Below, in pieces: positions 32,930 to 42,870 of a stretch of 64,000 nt of DNA; the first letter of the stretch is position 1, and each line of letters begins with the position of its first letter. The translations under genes were made by a program, and so were the position numbers. The notes beneath the pieces were generated by a model. It was not told the origin of the DNA and made no database searches. It worked only from the letters and a program-made list of their open reading frames with translations. The stretch comes from Nitrospirota bacterium (GTDB lineage: Bacteria; Nitrospirota; UBA9217), in NCBI GenBank assembly GCA_963663225.1, contig OY760142.1:2816001-2880000 (forward strand), read 5' to 3'.

Positions 32930-32976
32930 AAGATCACCAGCCTTATTTTTTTATCGCGAGACGAGATGCAAGTTAA

Positions 32977-33045
32977 TGAAAATTATTTTCACTTTTTATT
33001 AATATTTAATGAAAATATCCTACATAATAGTACAAACAATGTCAA
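32977..33045 (-). promoter_or_regulatory. Sigma70 promoter plus candidate RpiR operator(s)
   Basis: TTGACA(33045-33040)-17-TAGGAT; perfect dyad TGAAAAT-T-ATTTTCA at 32977-32991 and a related TGAAAATATCCTACA over the -10. Confidence 0.7.
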
Positions 33046-33342
33046 GCATTAATAAAATGCCTAAAGACAGGAATTGCCTCTTAGGCCTAGACGCTCTGAT
33101 CAGTTGTTTTATTGTTATTTGTTTTTCATTTCTGTCAACATTGGTTACTCTATTTTCTGCCTTTTATATCAAAAAAAAATCGGAATTCTGCCACCATCCT
33201 TACGGGCATGTGAAAAACAAAAAAATCGTATTTATTCAATACGATTTTAGTGTTTTAGATCGGTTGTGGGTTTGAAATTTCTGACTTAGGAGTTAAAACA
33301 CGCGACTTGTTTCAGATCAAGAATAACGTCCGCCTTTTTGAC

Positions 33343-36300
33343 TCATCTGATGTCCTGGTGATATGCCTGGATTGATTTTACATCTCCAATCCCCTTTTTT
33401 TCGATATGCTCCCTGATGCCTTCAGCCGCTGCTTTAAAGGCAGCGGTTGTGGTGATATATGGTATTTTATACTTAATCGCCGTTTTTCTTATATAGGAAT
33501 CATCATACATGCCGCCTTTTCCGACCGGCGTATTCACTACAAGATGTATTTCCTTGTTATGCAGGGCGTCAAGAATATTAGGACGACCTTCGTACACTTT
33601 TTTGATATGTGTCGAAGGAACGCCGTTTTGCACGAGAAACGTATGGGTGTTCCCGGTCGCCAGAATCTTGAAACCGCACGTATGCAGCGTTTGCGCCGCC
33701 CCGAGTATGTCATTTTTATCCCGGTCGTTAACCGTTATGAGCACGCTTCCTTCGAGAGGAAGTTTTTGCCCTGCCGCTTCCTGGGACTTGAAGAACGCAA
33801 GCCCGAACGAATCGGCAATTCCGAGAACTTCGCCGGTGGATTTCATTTCCGGCCCCAGAGTCGGGTCAACTTCGGGAAACATATTAAATGGGAATACAGA
33901 TTCTTTTATACCCACATGAGTATACGTTTTAGTGCTCAGCGCCATCTGGCTGAGCTTTTTGCCGAGCATAAGCTGAGTGGCGATGCGTGCCATCTGTACT
34001 CCGGTCACTTTAGATACAAGAGGAACGGTTCTGCTGGCTCGGGGGTTCGCTTCGAGAATATATACGACGTCCTTCGCTATCGCATACTGAATATTCATAA
34101 GCCCCACGACCTTCAATTCTATGGCGAGTGATCTGGTGTATTTCTGAATAGTTCTGATATGCTTTTCAGAAAGCGTGCGGGGAGGGATTACGCAGGCGCT
34201 GTCTCCGGAATGAATCCCGGCCAGCTCGATATGCTCCATAATGGACGGTACAAATGCGTCCTCACCGTCCGCGATCGCGTCCGCCTCAGCTTCTATTGCG
34301 TCTTCGAGAAACTTGTCGATCAGAACCGGCCGGCCGGGCGAAATATCAATGGCGGCATTTATGTATGCCGTAAGCATGGCATCGTCATACACAACCTCCA
34401 TGCCTCTCCCGCCCAGAACGTACGACGGCCGCACCATGAGCGGGTAGCCGATCCGTCGGGCCGCTGTAAGCGCTTCCTCAAGCGTAACTGCGGTATCACT
34501 TTCCGGTTGCGGTATCCCGAGTTTCTGGACAACGTTTTTGAAGCGTTTTCTGTCTTCCGCTAGGTCGATACTTTCAGTGGACGTGCCGAGTATCTTTACC
34601 CCGGCCTCTTCAAGTTCTTTGGCGATATTAAGCGGCGTCTGACCGCCGAACTGGACAATGACGCCGGTCGGCTTTTCATGTTGGTAAATACTCAGGACAT
34701 CTTCCACGGTAAGCGGCTCAAAATAGAGCTTGTTGGACGTGTCATAATCGGTGGAGACTGTTTCCGGATTGCAGTTGACCATGATCGACTCAAAGCCCTC
34801 ATCCCGCAATGCAAAAGCGGCATGGACACAGGTATAGTCGAACTCGATCCCCTGCCCGATTCTGTTCGGTCCTCCTCCTAGAATCATCACCTTGGGCTTG
34901 TCGCTGACCTTTACTTCGTTCGGTGCGTTATACGTTGAGTAGTAATACGCCGCGTCCGCGCCGCTGACCGGCACTGCACACCATGCTTCGGTTTTCCCGA
35001 GTGAAATTCTTCGGTCTCTTATATTCTTTTCAGAAACATCGAGTATTTGCGCAAGGTATCTGTCCGAGAAGCCGTCCTCTTTTGCCCTGATGAGAAGATT
35101 ATCCGGAAGCGTTTTCCCCTTATACCTCAAAATTTGATCTTCAAGCCCCACCAATTCTTTCATCTGGTTGAGGAACCAGTGTTTGATTTTTGTTTTTTGA
35201 AACAAGTCATCAACAGACGCGCCTTTTCGCAGCGCCTCATACAAAATGAACTGCCGCTCTGAAGACGGTTCTTTGAGCAAAGCCATAAGTTCATTCAGGG
35301 AGAGCTGGTTGAAGTTTTTAGCGAAACCCAGGCCATAGCGCTTGTTTTCCAGGGATCGGATCGCCTTTTGAAATGCTTCCTTGTAGGTTTTGCCGATGCT
35401 CATGACTTCTCCCACGGCCTTCATCTGCGTTCCAAGCTTGTCCTCCGCTTCCTTGAATTTTTCAAATGCCCATCGCGCGAACTTAATGACGACATAATCC
35501 CCTGAAGGAGTGTATTTATCGAGCGTGCCGCTTCGATAATAGGGAATGTCCTTCAAGGTGCTGCCGCCGGCGAGTTTGGCGGAGATAAGTGCTATGGGGA
35601 ACCCTGTTGCCTTGGAAGCGAGTGCGGACGAACGCGATGTCCTTGGATTTATTTCGATGACGACAATTCGGCCGTCAGCCGGATTGTGTGCGAACTGAAT
35701 GTTTGTACCGCCGATGACTTGTATTGCTTCGACAATCCTATACGAGTATTCTTGCAGCTTCTTTTGCAGGTTTTCTGAAATGGTGAGCATGGGGGCAGCG
35801 CAGAATGAATCGCCGGTGTGGACACCCATGGGGTCGATGTTTTCGATAAAACAGACCGTAATCATGATATTGTCCGCGTCCCGCACCACCTCGAGTTCCA
35901 GTTCCTCCCATCCGATCACCGATTCCTCGATCAGCACCTGGCCGATAAGGCTGGCGGAAATACCCCTGCTTACAATCGTGTTGAGTTCCTCCTTGTTGTA
36001 CGCGATGCCGCCGCCGGTTCCACCCATCGTATATGCAGGTCTGATAATAACAGGAAATCCAAGCCGTTCAGCAATCTGAAGCGCTTCCTCATAGGAATAG
36101 GCGAGAGCACTTTCGGGCATGGGAATGCCGAGTTTATTCATCGTTTTTTTGAATTCATTTCTATCCTCGCCACGCTCAATGGCGTCCGCCTGAACACCGA
36201 TGATGCGCACGCCGTATTTTTCGAGAATACCCCGTTTCGAGAGTTCTGCGGAAAGATTCAATCCGGTCTGTCCGCCGAGATTTGACAGCAGTCCTTCCGG

Positions 36301-36555
36301 CCGTTCTTTTTTTATTATCTTTTCGAGCACTTCAATCGTAAGCGGTTCCACATACGTCGCGTCCGCCATGCCGGGGTCGGTCATGATGGTTGCGGGATTG
36401 GAATTGACCAGAACAATCTTATACCCGGCAGCCCGAAGCGCTTTGCAGGCCTGGGTTCCGGAATAATCAAATTCACACGCCTGACCAATAATAATGGGGC
36501 CCGAACCGATAATGAGAACTTTATTGATGCCGTCAATTTTTTCCAATGGTTTCAT
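33343..36555 (-). CDS. carB: Carbamoyl-phosphate synthase large subunit
   Basis: GSGPIIIGQACEFDYSGTQA, GPNRIGQGIEFDY, two ATP-grasp halves, C-terminal MGS domain. Confidence 0.97.
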   Translation of the reverse strand: MKPLEKIDGINKVLIIGSGPIIIGQACEFDYSGTQACKALRAAGYKIVLVNSNPATIMTDPGMADATYVEPLTIEVLEKIIKKERPEGLLSNLGGQTGLNLSAELSKRGILEKYGVRIIGVQADAIERGEDRNEFKKTMNKLGIPMPESALAYSYEEALQIAERLGFPVIIRPAYTMGGTGGGIAYNKEELNTIVSRGISASLIGQVLIEESVIGWEELELEVVRDADNIMITVCFIENIDPMGVHTGDSFCAAPMLTISENLQKKLQEYSYRIVEAIQVIGGTNIQFAHNPADGRIVVIEINPRTSRSSALASKATGFPIALISAKLAGGSTLKDIPYYRSGTLDKYTPSGDYVVIKFARWAFEKFKEAEDKLGTQMKAVGEVMSIGKTYKEAFQKAIRSLENKRYGLGFAKNFNQLSLNELMALLKEPSSERQFILYEALRKGASVDDLFQKTKIKHWFLNQMKELVGLEDQILRYKGKTLPDNLLIRAKEDGFSDRYLAQILDVSEKNIRDRRISLGKTEAWCAVPVSGADAAYYYSTYNAPNEVKVSDKPKVMILGGGPNRIGQGIEFDYTCVHAAFALRDEGFESIMVNCNPETVSTDYDTSNKLYFEPLTVEDVLSIYQHEKPTGVIVQFGGQTPLNIAKELEEAGVKILGTSTESIDLAEDRKRFKNVVQKLGIPQPESDTAVTLEEALTAARRIGYPLMVRPSYVLGGRGMEVVYDDAMLTAYINAAIDISPGRPVLIDKFLEDAIEAEADAIADGEDAFVPSIMEHIELAGIHSGDSACVIPPRTLSEKHIRTIQKYTRSLAIELKVVGLMNIQYAIAKDVVYILEANPRASRTVPLVSKVTGVQMARIATQLMLGKKLSQMALSTKTYTHVGIKESVFPFNMFPEVDPTLGPEMKSTGEVLGIADSFGLAFFKSQEAAGQKLPLEGSVLITVNDRDKNDILGAAQTLHTCGFKILATGNTHTFLVQNGVPSTHIKKVYEGRPNILDALHNKEIHLVVNTPVGKGGMYDDSYIRKTAIKYKIPYITTTAAFKAAAEGIREHIEKKGIGDVKSIQAYHQDIR

Positions 36556-36591
36556 AAGGAGGGGTTCCTATCAAGTGGGATTTTGTAAGTG

Positions 36592-36620
36592 ATACTAATT
36601 AAATATATGATCAGAGTCAA
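36592..36620 (-). promoter_or_regulatory. Putative sigma70 promoter of carB
   Basis: TTGACT-17-TAGTAT. Confidence 0.6.
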
Positions 36621-36877
36621 GTAAAACTTAATTCAATCTTAATTATGCAAACTCAAACTTTTCGGTTTTATATGTGAGAACACTAGGGATGCCGTCAATT
36701 GCTGGTAATTTTTATATTGTTTTGTCGGATTCAACTTTAAAAAACAGAAATATGCCTATGGAATTGCTATACTGAAAAAAATTTTACGATGGTATTTGAT
36801 GCAATTTTGATGGAATGTTTGTCAGAAAATTGCCGATCAGCATCTGGTACATTGCTTTGATGACAGGTATGTTGTTA

Positions 36878-37300
36878 TTAAGAAACTTCTCGTTTTTTAG
36901 TCAAAATATCTGATATTTCTTGTTCCGTGTAGAGTCTGCCTTTGCCCACACCAGGGCAATACGGTGAAACTTCCTTCTCCCAGGTGGTTGTGTTCATATT
37001 TTCATTCCAGAACGGCCAGGTTCGGCACTGCCAGGGGCGGGCTTCATATACGGAACAACGGTTGCTTTCGAAAAAGGGACAGTCCTTGCCAGTATATTTC
37101 AACTCATACATACCATCGGTTTTTCTGGTGTATCGTTCGGTAAATTCTGTGGTGGAGATATTGAAGTGGACGGCAAGGCGTTTCCGGTCCCCGAAAGACA
37201 GATACACGTAACCGTATTTCCCGCGTGTTACGCAGCATTTTCCGTCTCCCTGGCATTCAAATCTGATGCCGTCCTTGTAAAAACGACGTCCCCTGCTCAC
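36878..37300 (-). CDS. YkgJ-family cysteine-cluster (Zn/Fe-chelating) protein
   Basis: FECQGDGKCC, CPFF...CSVYEARPWQCRTWPFW, CPG. Confidence 0.85.
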   Translation of the reverse strand: MSRGRRFYKDGIRFECQGDGKCCVTRGKYGYVYLSFGDRKRLAVHFNISTTEFTERYTRKTDGMYELKYTGKDCPFFESNRCSVYEARPWQCRTWPFWNENMNTTTWEKEVSPYCPGVGKGRLYTEQEISDILTKKREVS

Positions 37301-37312
37301 GGTAATCGTCTT

Positions 37313-37600
37313 TTACTCCTTTTCGATGGTCGCTGTCAGGGAAAACGATACCAGCTGGTCCCAGTGCAGTTCTGCCTGTTCGAAGGGCTCCACGCTGCAA
37401 AGCGCCATGCCGCTGCGATGCGCCTCCAGCATGATGTTTTCGCATGTGGTCCTGTCGAATTTGAATACCTGCATAAGGACTTTTACCACGTGTTCCATGG
37501 AATTCACATCATCGTTATGGAGGATAACTTTATACAACGGAATGAATGTTGCGTACCGTTCGATAATTGTTCCGGGTTTGGTTTCTGGAGGCATAGTCAT
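37313..37600 (-). CDS. clpS: ATP-dependent Clp protease adaptor ClpS
   Basis: YKVILHNDDVNSMEHV, MLEAHRSG. Confidence 0.9.
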   Translation of the reverse strand: MTMPPETKPGTIIERYATFIPLYKVILHNDDVNSMEHVVKVLMQVFKFDRTTCENIMLEAHRSGMALCSVEPFEQAELHWDQLVSFSLTATIEKE

Positions 37601-37742
37601 GTTGGCAAGAGCGTGTTGATTATCCCGTACGATTCAGGTTGTTTTACCGCAGGATGCAAGCAATTTGAAATTATCATAGATGCGCATTATGATAAATTAT
37701 CAAACTGCTGTTATGTCAATACAACACCAAACTTCCTGCGGA

Positions 37743-39257
37743 TTATTGACGATGAATGCCTGCAAGAAGCGTTTTTTCGTGTTTATAAAAAACCTTGCGG
37801 AAGTGATAACCGTAAATTGAAAGCGTAATGGCAAGCGGAAGTAATTTTGGTTTCCGAAGCGTGGACCATATCACCAGTTTCCAGTAATGGAACCGTTCTC
37901 TTCCCACAACACCGAGCTGAATGCTGGATTTTACGATGGCAACGAGGTGGTTCATCCGGAGATCAAATTTAGTCGTCGCCTTCCCCGGTCGATACTCTCT
38001 CAAAAATTGCGTTGTTCTTGCATAGAAGTGTTTTGGAGAGTAAATAGTGCGGAGGATTTTCCGATATCCTTCAATTAGGTGTTCAAGGTTCATTTTGGGG
38101 ATAAAGTTGATTGAGAAGTCGGTATTGTCTCCGGTGGCGGACTTAATGAGCCTCCCTTCCTGCTTGAGGCGATGATACAGTTTGGTTCCGTGAGGAGCAT
38201 TCAGAAGCCCTACCATGGCTGTTACGATTCCGCTTTCCTGGATAAATGCCGTCAATCGATCAAATATCGCAGCCGGGTCCTTGTCGAACCCTACGATGAA
38301 ACCGGCCTGGACTTCAAGGCCGGCTTTCTGGATCTTTTTTACGCTTGCGATCAGATCACGGTTCCGGTTCTGGAGCTTGCTGCATTCGGCAAGGCTTTCT
38401 TCGTTTGGGGACTCAATGCCAATGAAAACCTGGTTGAACTGGGCCTTGACCATGAGCTCCATAAGCTCCTCATCGTCGGCAAGATTAATGGAAACTTCGG
38501 TATACAGGGAGAATGGATACTTTCTTTTTTCCATCCACGCTATGATCGCAGGCAGAATCTCCCGCTTCAGCTTCCCTTTGTTTCCGATAAAATTATCATC
38601 AACGATAAAGACACTGCTTCTCCAGCCATGCGTGTAAAGAGATTCAAGTTCGGCAATCAACTGGGCGCTGTCCTTGGTCCGGGGCGTTCGTCCGTACAAC
38701 ACCGTGATATTGCAAAAATCGCAGTCAAAAGGACAGCCGCGGGAATATTGAATATTCATGGACGCGTATTTTTTCATTTTTACAAGATCAAATCGCGGCA
38801 ACGGCGTGGTGTGCATATCGGACCATTGTGGAGATGTGTATATATGCTTTGGATTCCCGTTTCTCAGATCTTCCAGAAACAGCGGGAGTGTAATCTCCGC
38901 TTCGTTCAGAACCAGATGATCCACATTTTCGAACTCTTCCGGGCAGGAAGTGAACATCGGACCGCCTGCTATTATTTTGACCCCTAAAGCCTTGCACCGG
39001 GCAATAACCGACAGAGTGGATTCCTTCTGAATGGACATAGCGCTCAGAAAGACATAATCCGCCCACTGCAGATCTGCGTCAGAAAGGCGCTCCACGTTCA
39101 TGTCGACGAGGCGCAGTTGCCAATTGGCGGGAAGCATTGCGGCAACGGTTATCAGTCCGAGCGGTGGAAGACTTGCTTTTTTCGAAATAAACTTAAGGGC
39201 GTATTGAAAGCTCCAGAATGTGGTCGGATTTTTTGGATATACCAATAATATCTTCAC
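37743..39257 (-). CDS. B12-binding radical SAM protein (DUF4070-type C-terminus)
   Basis: PPLGL, SRGCPFDCDFC, VDDNFIGN, GFIVGFD; GTG start at 39257 with AGGAG SD. Confidence 0.88.
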   Translation of the reverse strand: MKILLVYPKNPTTFWSFQYALKFISKKASLPPLGLITVAAMLPANWQLRLVDMNVERLSDADLQWADYVFLSAMSIQKESTLSVIARCKALGVKIIAGGPMFTSCPEEFENVDHLVLNEAEITLPLFLEDLRNGNPKHIYTSPQWSDMHTTPLPRFDLVKMKKYASMNIQYSRGCPFDCDFCNITVLYGRTPRTKDSAQLIAELESLYTHGWRSSVFIVDDNFIGNKGKLKREILPAIIAWMEKRKYPFSLYTEVSINLADDEELMELMVKAQFNQVFIGIESPNEESLAECSKLQNRNRDLIASVKKIQKAGLEVQAGFIVGFDKDPAAIFDRLTAFIQESGIVTAMVGLLNAPHGTKLYHRLKQEGRLIKSATGDNTDFSINFIPKMNLEHLIEGYRKILRTIYSPKHFYARTTQFLREYRPGKATTKFDLRMNHLVAIVKSSIQLGVVGRERFHYWKLVIWSTLRKPKLLPLAITLSIYGYHFRKVFYKHEKTLLAGIHRQ

Positions 39258-39640
39258 CGGAATCTCCTTTGCCCGAGCAAAACGGTTCCTTTGCTGGTTC
39301 ATTCTTGTTCGACCAGGACAAAAAACAGCAAATCATAGATTATCCAAGATTTATTCAATATGCAAGCAAAATTTTGTCCATGCGGGCAAGTACAAAGACA
39401 AATCGTGCTGTTTGTTGTAACTTTGTTCGTACTCTGGTTCGCTTTGCAGAAATGAGTGGAGTCTCCTCCGGCAGGAAACGGAGGCTCTATCGATAACCGT
39501 GACCTCTCGAGACTTGCTTGTCAGATAGCCGAGAGATCCATAAAGCAGGGATTAATGTCCGTTTTTAATGAATGGCTGTCCTGCATTGGGATGCCATCAT
39601 TGGTAAAAAGATTCCAACTGTTCGACAGCCATTAGAACAA

Positions 39641-40081
39641 TTAGTCTTCCGGTTTTTCCTCCGCAACCGAAACGGAAAACCGCTCGCGAAGTTCTGTACC
39701 AACGCGTGTCAGCTTCCCGGTTTGGACATCGATAGGACACCAGAGGGTGCGAGCGCGTGCCAGCAGGCGCCGGTCGTCAGCGCGTAGTATTTCGGTGAAT
39801 CGCTCAAAGGTGCGGGCAGTGGCTGTACCGACCCAGGTCCTGGCCATAATATCATCGCCCAACCTTGCAGCATGTTTGTAGTCTATTTCGTGCCTGACAA
39901 CGAACCAGGAGACCTCAGCCTGCTGTGCTGCAGTCGCTGCGGTTTTCCAGTGGGCCGTGGCGACATCCTGAATCCATCGTATGTAAACGACATTATTGAC
40001 GTGGCCGTGTTCGTCAATGTCTGCCGCAGAGATAGGAATAGACAGTTCAAAACGTTCTGATGAATGATCTGATGAAGTCAC
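39641..40081 (-). CDS. Acyl-CoA thioesterase (4HBT/YbgC hot-dog fold)
   Basis: DIDEHGHVNNVVY, RHEIDY. Confidence 0.88.
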   Translation of the reverse strand: MTSSDHSSERFELSIPISAADIDEHGHVNNVVYIRWIQDVATAHWKTAATAAQQAEVSWFVVRHEIDYKHAARLGDDIMARTWVGTATARTFERFTEILRADDRRLLARARTLWCPIDVQTGKLTRVGTELRERFSVSVAEEKPED

Positions 40082-40154
40082 TTCGTATAATCCCTCTCCT
40101 TATAAATACGGCAGGATCGTGATCCGCAGAAAGAAACAATCGAAAGGTGCGCCG

Positions 40155-41552
40155 CTACGTGGCAGTGTTTTTCATAGGAATTTTCAGTTTCTGTCCAACA
40201 CGCAAAATTTTCCCTTTGCGCAGATTGTTTATTTCAACAATTCTTTGCAAGCTCGTCCTGTATCGGATTGCAATGGTCGACAAGGTCTCGCCGCGACGCA
40301 CGCGGTGAAATACATATTCCACTTTCGGCGGCGACCATGTGGCGAATGTGGCAAGATTGGCAAGCAGCGCTTCCCCTTTCCCCGGCGGCACCTTGAGAGA
40401 GTAGGACATGTTCGGCGTCGCGCTGTGCCGGAGCTCGGGATTTAAGGCAATGAGGTCTTCCACGTCGATGCTCAGCTTTTCCGCAATGGATTTCAAGTGG
40501 ATGGATTTTTCGACGGTCACAGTTTCATACGGCAGCGGATGGTAGGGTTCTTCCAAAGTAAATCCATACCGCGCTGGATCTTTAATAATGGCCAGGACCG
40601 CAAGGAATCTTGGGAAATAGCGTGCTGTTTCGCGGGGAAGCCGTTCATAGAAGTCCCAGAAATTGTCAAGGTAGTCCATCTTCTGGTTTCTAATCGCCCG
40701 CGCGACCGAACCTTCGCCGCAATTATAAGCCGCCAAGACCGTTGCCCAATCGCCGAACATCTCGTGAAGTTCATTAAAATAAGCGATGGCCGCCTCTGTT
40801 GATTTTGCAGGGTCGAGCCTCTCGTCAATCCAAGCATTTCTCTTCAGGCCAAACTTATATCCGGTTGAGGGAATAAATTGCCAGAGACCAAAGGCCCGTG
40901 CGCGAGAGAGTGCCCTTACTTTGAATCCGCTCTCGATAAGTGGCAACCAGGACAATTCTTCCGGAAATCCGGCCTGCTTCAATGCCTTGACCATTTCACC
41001 CCGGTAGAGGCCTGACCGTTTATACGATTCCAGGAAAAAGCTGCGTTCCTGGGTCTGAAATGAAAGGATTTCACGTTCCACATGATGATTGATGGTCATG
41101 GGAATCGCGTCGTGAGTCCCCTTTACCGTGGTATATCGTGATATATACAGTTCGGCGATTCTCTTGGAAATCAAAAAGCGAAGATCTTCCTTCTGTTGGC
41201 TAAATTTTTGATTGTTGCCGGGGACTTTCAGGAGCAGAGCATAGGACTGATCGAGGGCCTCGATGGCCTGGTCCCTGTCCCCGTCTTCCCAGTATTCCTG
41301 CGCCGTTTCTGTAAGCTCCAAGGCAGTGTCCAGTATTGCCTGGTCTTCGTCTCCGTTTTCCTTTTTTGCATCGGCCGCCGGTTCCTGAGAACCGGACGCC
41401 GCTGCCTCGACCGTTTCTTTTGTCTGGGTCGGAAGTTCCGTGCGCACTTCGTTCTTCGGGTCAAGCACAGGTCGGGTCAAATACGAGCACCCATTTATAA
41501 AAAAGAGCAATAAGAAATAAAAAAAAGTCCGGGGGAGAAATGTGATTTTCAT
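40155..41552 (-). CDS. mltD: Membrane-bound lytic transglycosylase D-like (SLT + LysM)
   Basis: Lipoprotein-like signal, LPLIESGF, GLWQFI, LAAYNCG, LPRET, LysM HRVRRGETLS. Confidence 0.85.
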   Translation of the reverse strand: MKITFLPRTFFYFLLLFFINGCSYLTRPVLDPKNEVRTELPTQTKETVEAAASGSQEPAADAKKENGDEDQAILDTALELTETAQEYWEDGDRDQAIEALDQSYALLLKVPGNNQKFSQQKEDLRFLISKRIAELYISRYTTVKGTHDAIPMTINHHVEREILSFQTQERSFFLESYKRSGLYRGEMVKALKQAGFPEELSWLPLIESGFKVRALSRARAFGLWQFIPSTGYKFGLKRNAWIDERLDPAKSTEAAIAYFNELHEMFGDWATVLAAYNCGEGSVARAIRNQKMDYLDNFWDFYERLPRETARYFPRFLAVLAIIKDPARYGFTLEEPYHPLPYETVTVEKSIHLKSIAEKLSIDVEDLIALNPELRHSATPNMSYSLKVPPGKGEALLANLATFATWSPPKVEYVFHRVRRGETLSTIAIRYRTSLQRIVEINNLRKGKILRVGQKLKIPMKNTAT

Positions 41553-41650
41553 AAGTAACGCGATGATAAACTAAAGAAGACAAAAATGCAACCCAAAAAC
41601 CAGAACTTATTTACCCATCGCCCATCAAAGCATCACAGCGCATATCTTAA

Positions 41651-41680
41651 TTGACAGGGAGAGACACGACATATTATAGT
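41651..41680 (+). promoter_or_regulatory. Putative sigma70 promoter of the CAP gene
   Basis: TTGACA-18-TATAGT. Confidence 0.5.
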
Positions 41681-41744
41681 ATGACTACAATCTGCTATTG
41701 CCCGTTGACCCGAAACTCTTTATGCCCCTTTTGACTGACCGTAC

Positions 41745-42344
41745 ATGAACCATTTCATTCTGAGTATTTTTTTTCGGACTGTTCTTATTGTCGCTGTCGT
41801 AACGCTGCAAGCGTGCTCTGTGTCGCATCCGCGCAATACCGGTCATCAGACGACCGAACCGGGCAAACCATTAGTTCGTGCTGCCGGTCTGGAACAGAAT
41901 ATACACGCCCTTATCAATAACGAACGGAAAAAAAATGGCCTGCCACCGTTGGATTGGAATCCGGCGTTGACCGACGCCGCGAGAAAGCATAGTCGTGATA
42001 TGGCTCTGCGAAACTACTTTGCCCACACCTCTCCGGAGGGGCACGATTTTTTATACCGGTATAAGCAAGCGGGGTATACGTGCGCGATCAAAACAGGCAG
42101 AACCATATACCGTGGAGCTGAAAACATAGCATTGAACAACCTGTACGATTCGGTCACCATGGTAAATGGACGAGCATTCTATGATTGGAATTCGGAGCAA
42201 CGGATCGCTGAAACGACAGTCAAGGGTTGGATGGAAAGTCCAGGTCACAGGCAGAATATTCTTACACCGTACTTCCTCTCTGAAGGCATCGGTGTGGTTA
42301 TTGCTCCGGATGACAGGATATACATAACGCAGAACTTTTGCTGA
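41745..42344 (+). CDS. CAP/SCP domain lipoprotein
   Basis: Lipobox-like LQAC, ARKHSRDM..YFAH, AENI, WMESPGHRQNIL, TQNF. Confidence 0.88.
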   Translation: MNHFILSIFFRTVLIVAVVTLQACSVSHPRNTGHQTTEPGKPLVRAAGLEQNIHALINNERKKNGLPPLDWNPALTDAARKHSRDMALRNYFAHTSPEGHDFLYRYKQAGYTCAIKTGRTIYRGAENIALNNLYDSVTMVNGRAFYDWNSEQRIAETTVKGWMESPGHRQNILTPYFLSEGIGVVIAPDDRIYITQNFC

Positions 42345-42387
42345 ATCCGTTTTAGGAGTCTCTCAGAAACCAATTCTCCCTCTCGTA

Positions 42388-42786
42388 TTATCCCTTCCAG
42401 GCAATGAAATCTATTTCCACGCCAACATCCTTCGGAAGCCGTGATACTTCAACCGTAACACGGGCAGGCGGATCAGTCGGGAAATAACTGCCGTAGACCT
42501 CGTTCACAGATGAGAAATCAGACATGCTTTTAAGATAGATGGTGGTTCTAACTACTTGAGACATGCTGCTGCCGGCCGCAATAAGAATGGCCGTGGCATT
42601 TTCCATAATCTGTCCTGTTTGCAGTTTAATATCACCCGGCAGGATGCTGTTCGTTTTTGGGTCAATCGGTATCTGGCCAGAAACAAACACAAATCCTCCT
42701 GCCTCAACAGCTTGGGAATAAGGCCCGATTGCCTGGGGAGCATCAGAGGTTCTTATCACCGTCCTCCTCAAAGTTACCTCCAGCAA
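42388..42786 (-). CDS. ridA: RidA family enamine/imine deaminase
   Basis: APQAIGPYSQA, SGQIP, PPAR, VEID. Confidence 0.92.
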   Translation of the reverse strand: MLEVTLRRTVIRTSDAPQAIGPYSQAVEAGGFVFVSGQIPIDPKTNSILPGDIKLQTGQIMENATAILIAAGSSMSQVVRTTIYLKSMSDFSSVNEVYGSYFPTDPPARVTVEVSRLPKDVGVEIDFIAWKG

Positions 42787-42870
42787 ATTCTTGATTAATT
42801 AGATTATCTTATTGTTTTATTTAATATTTTACAATATAAAGTAAACCTTTAATATTTCCACGCTGTCGTT

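Noticed and set aside
14995-33342. Active integrative element or prophage at tRNA-Leu
   Set aside because: No integrase, transposase, phage gene or attR repeat seen
36625-36655. ARG-box-like AT-rich sequence upstream of carB
   Set aside because: Only a half-site (TGCATAATTA) matches, in an AT-rich background
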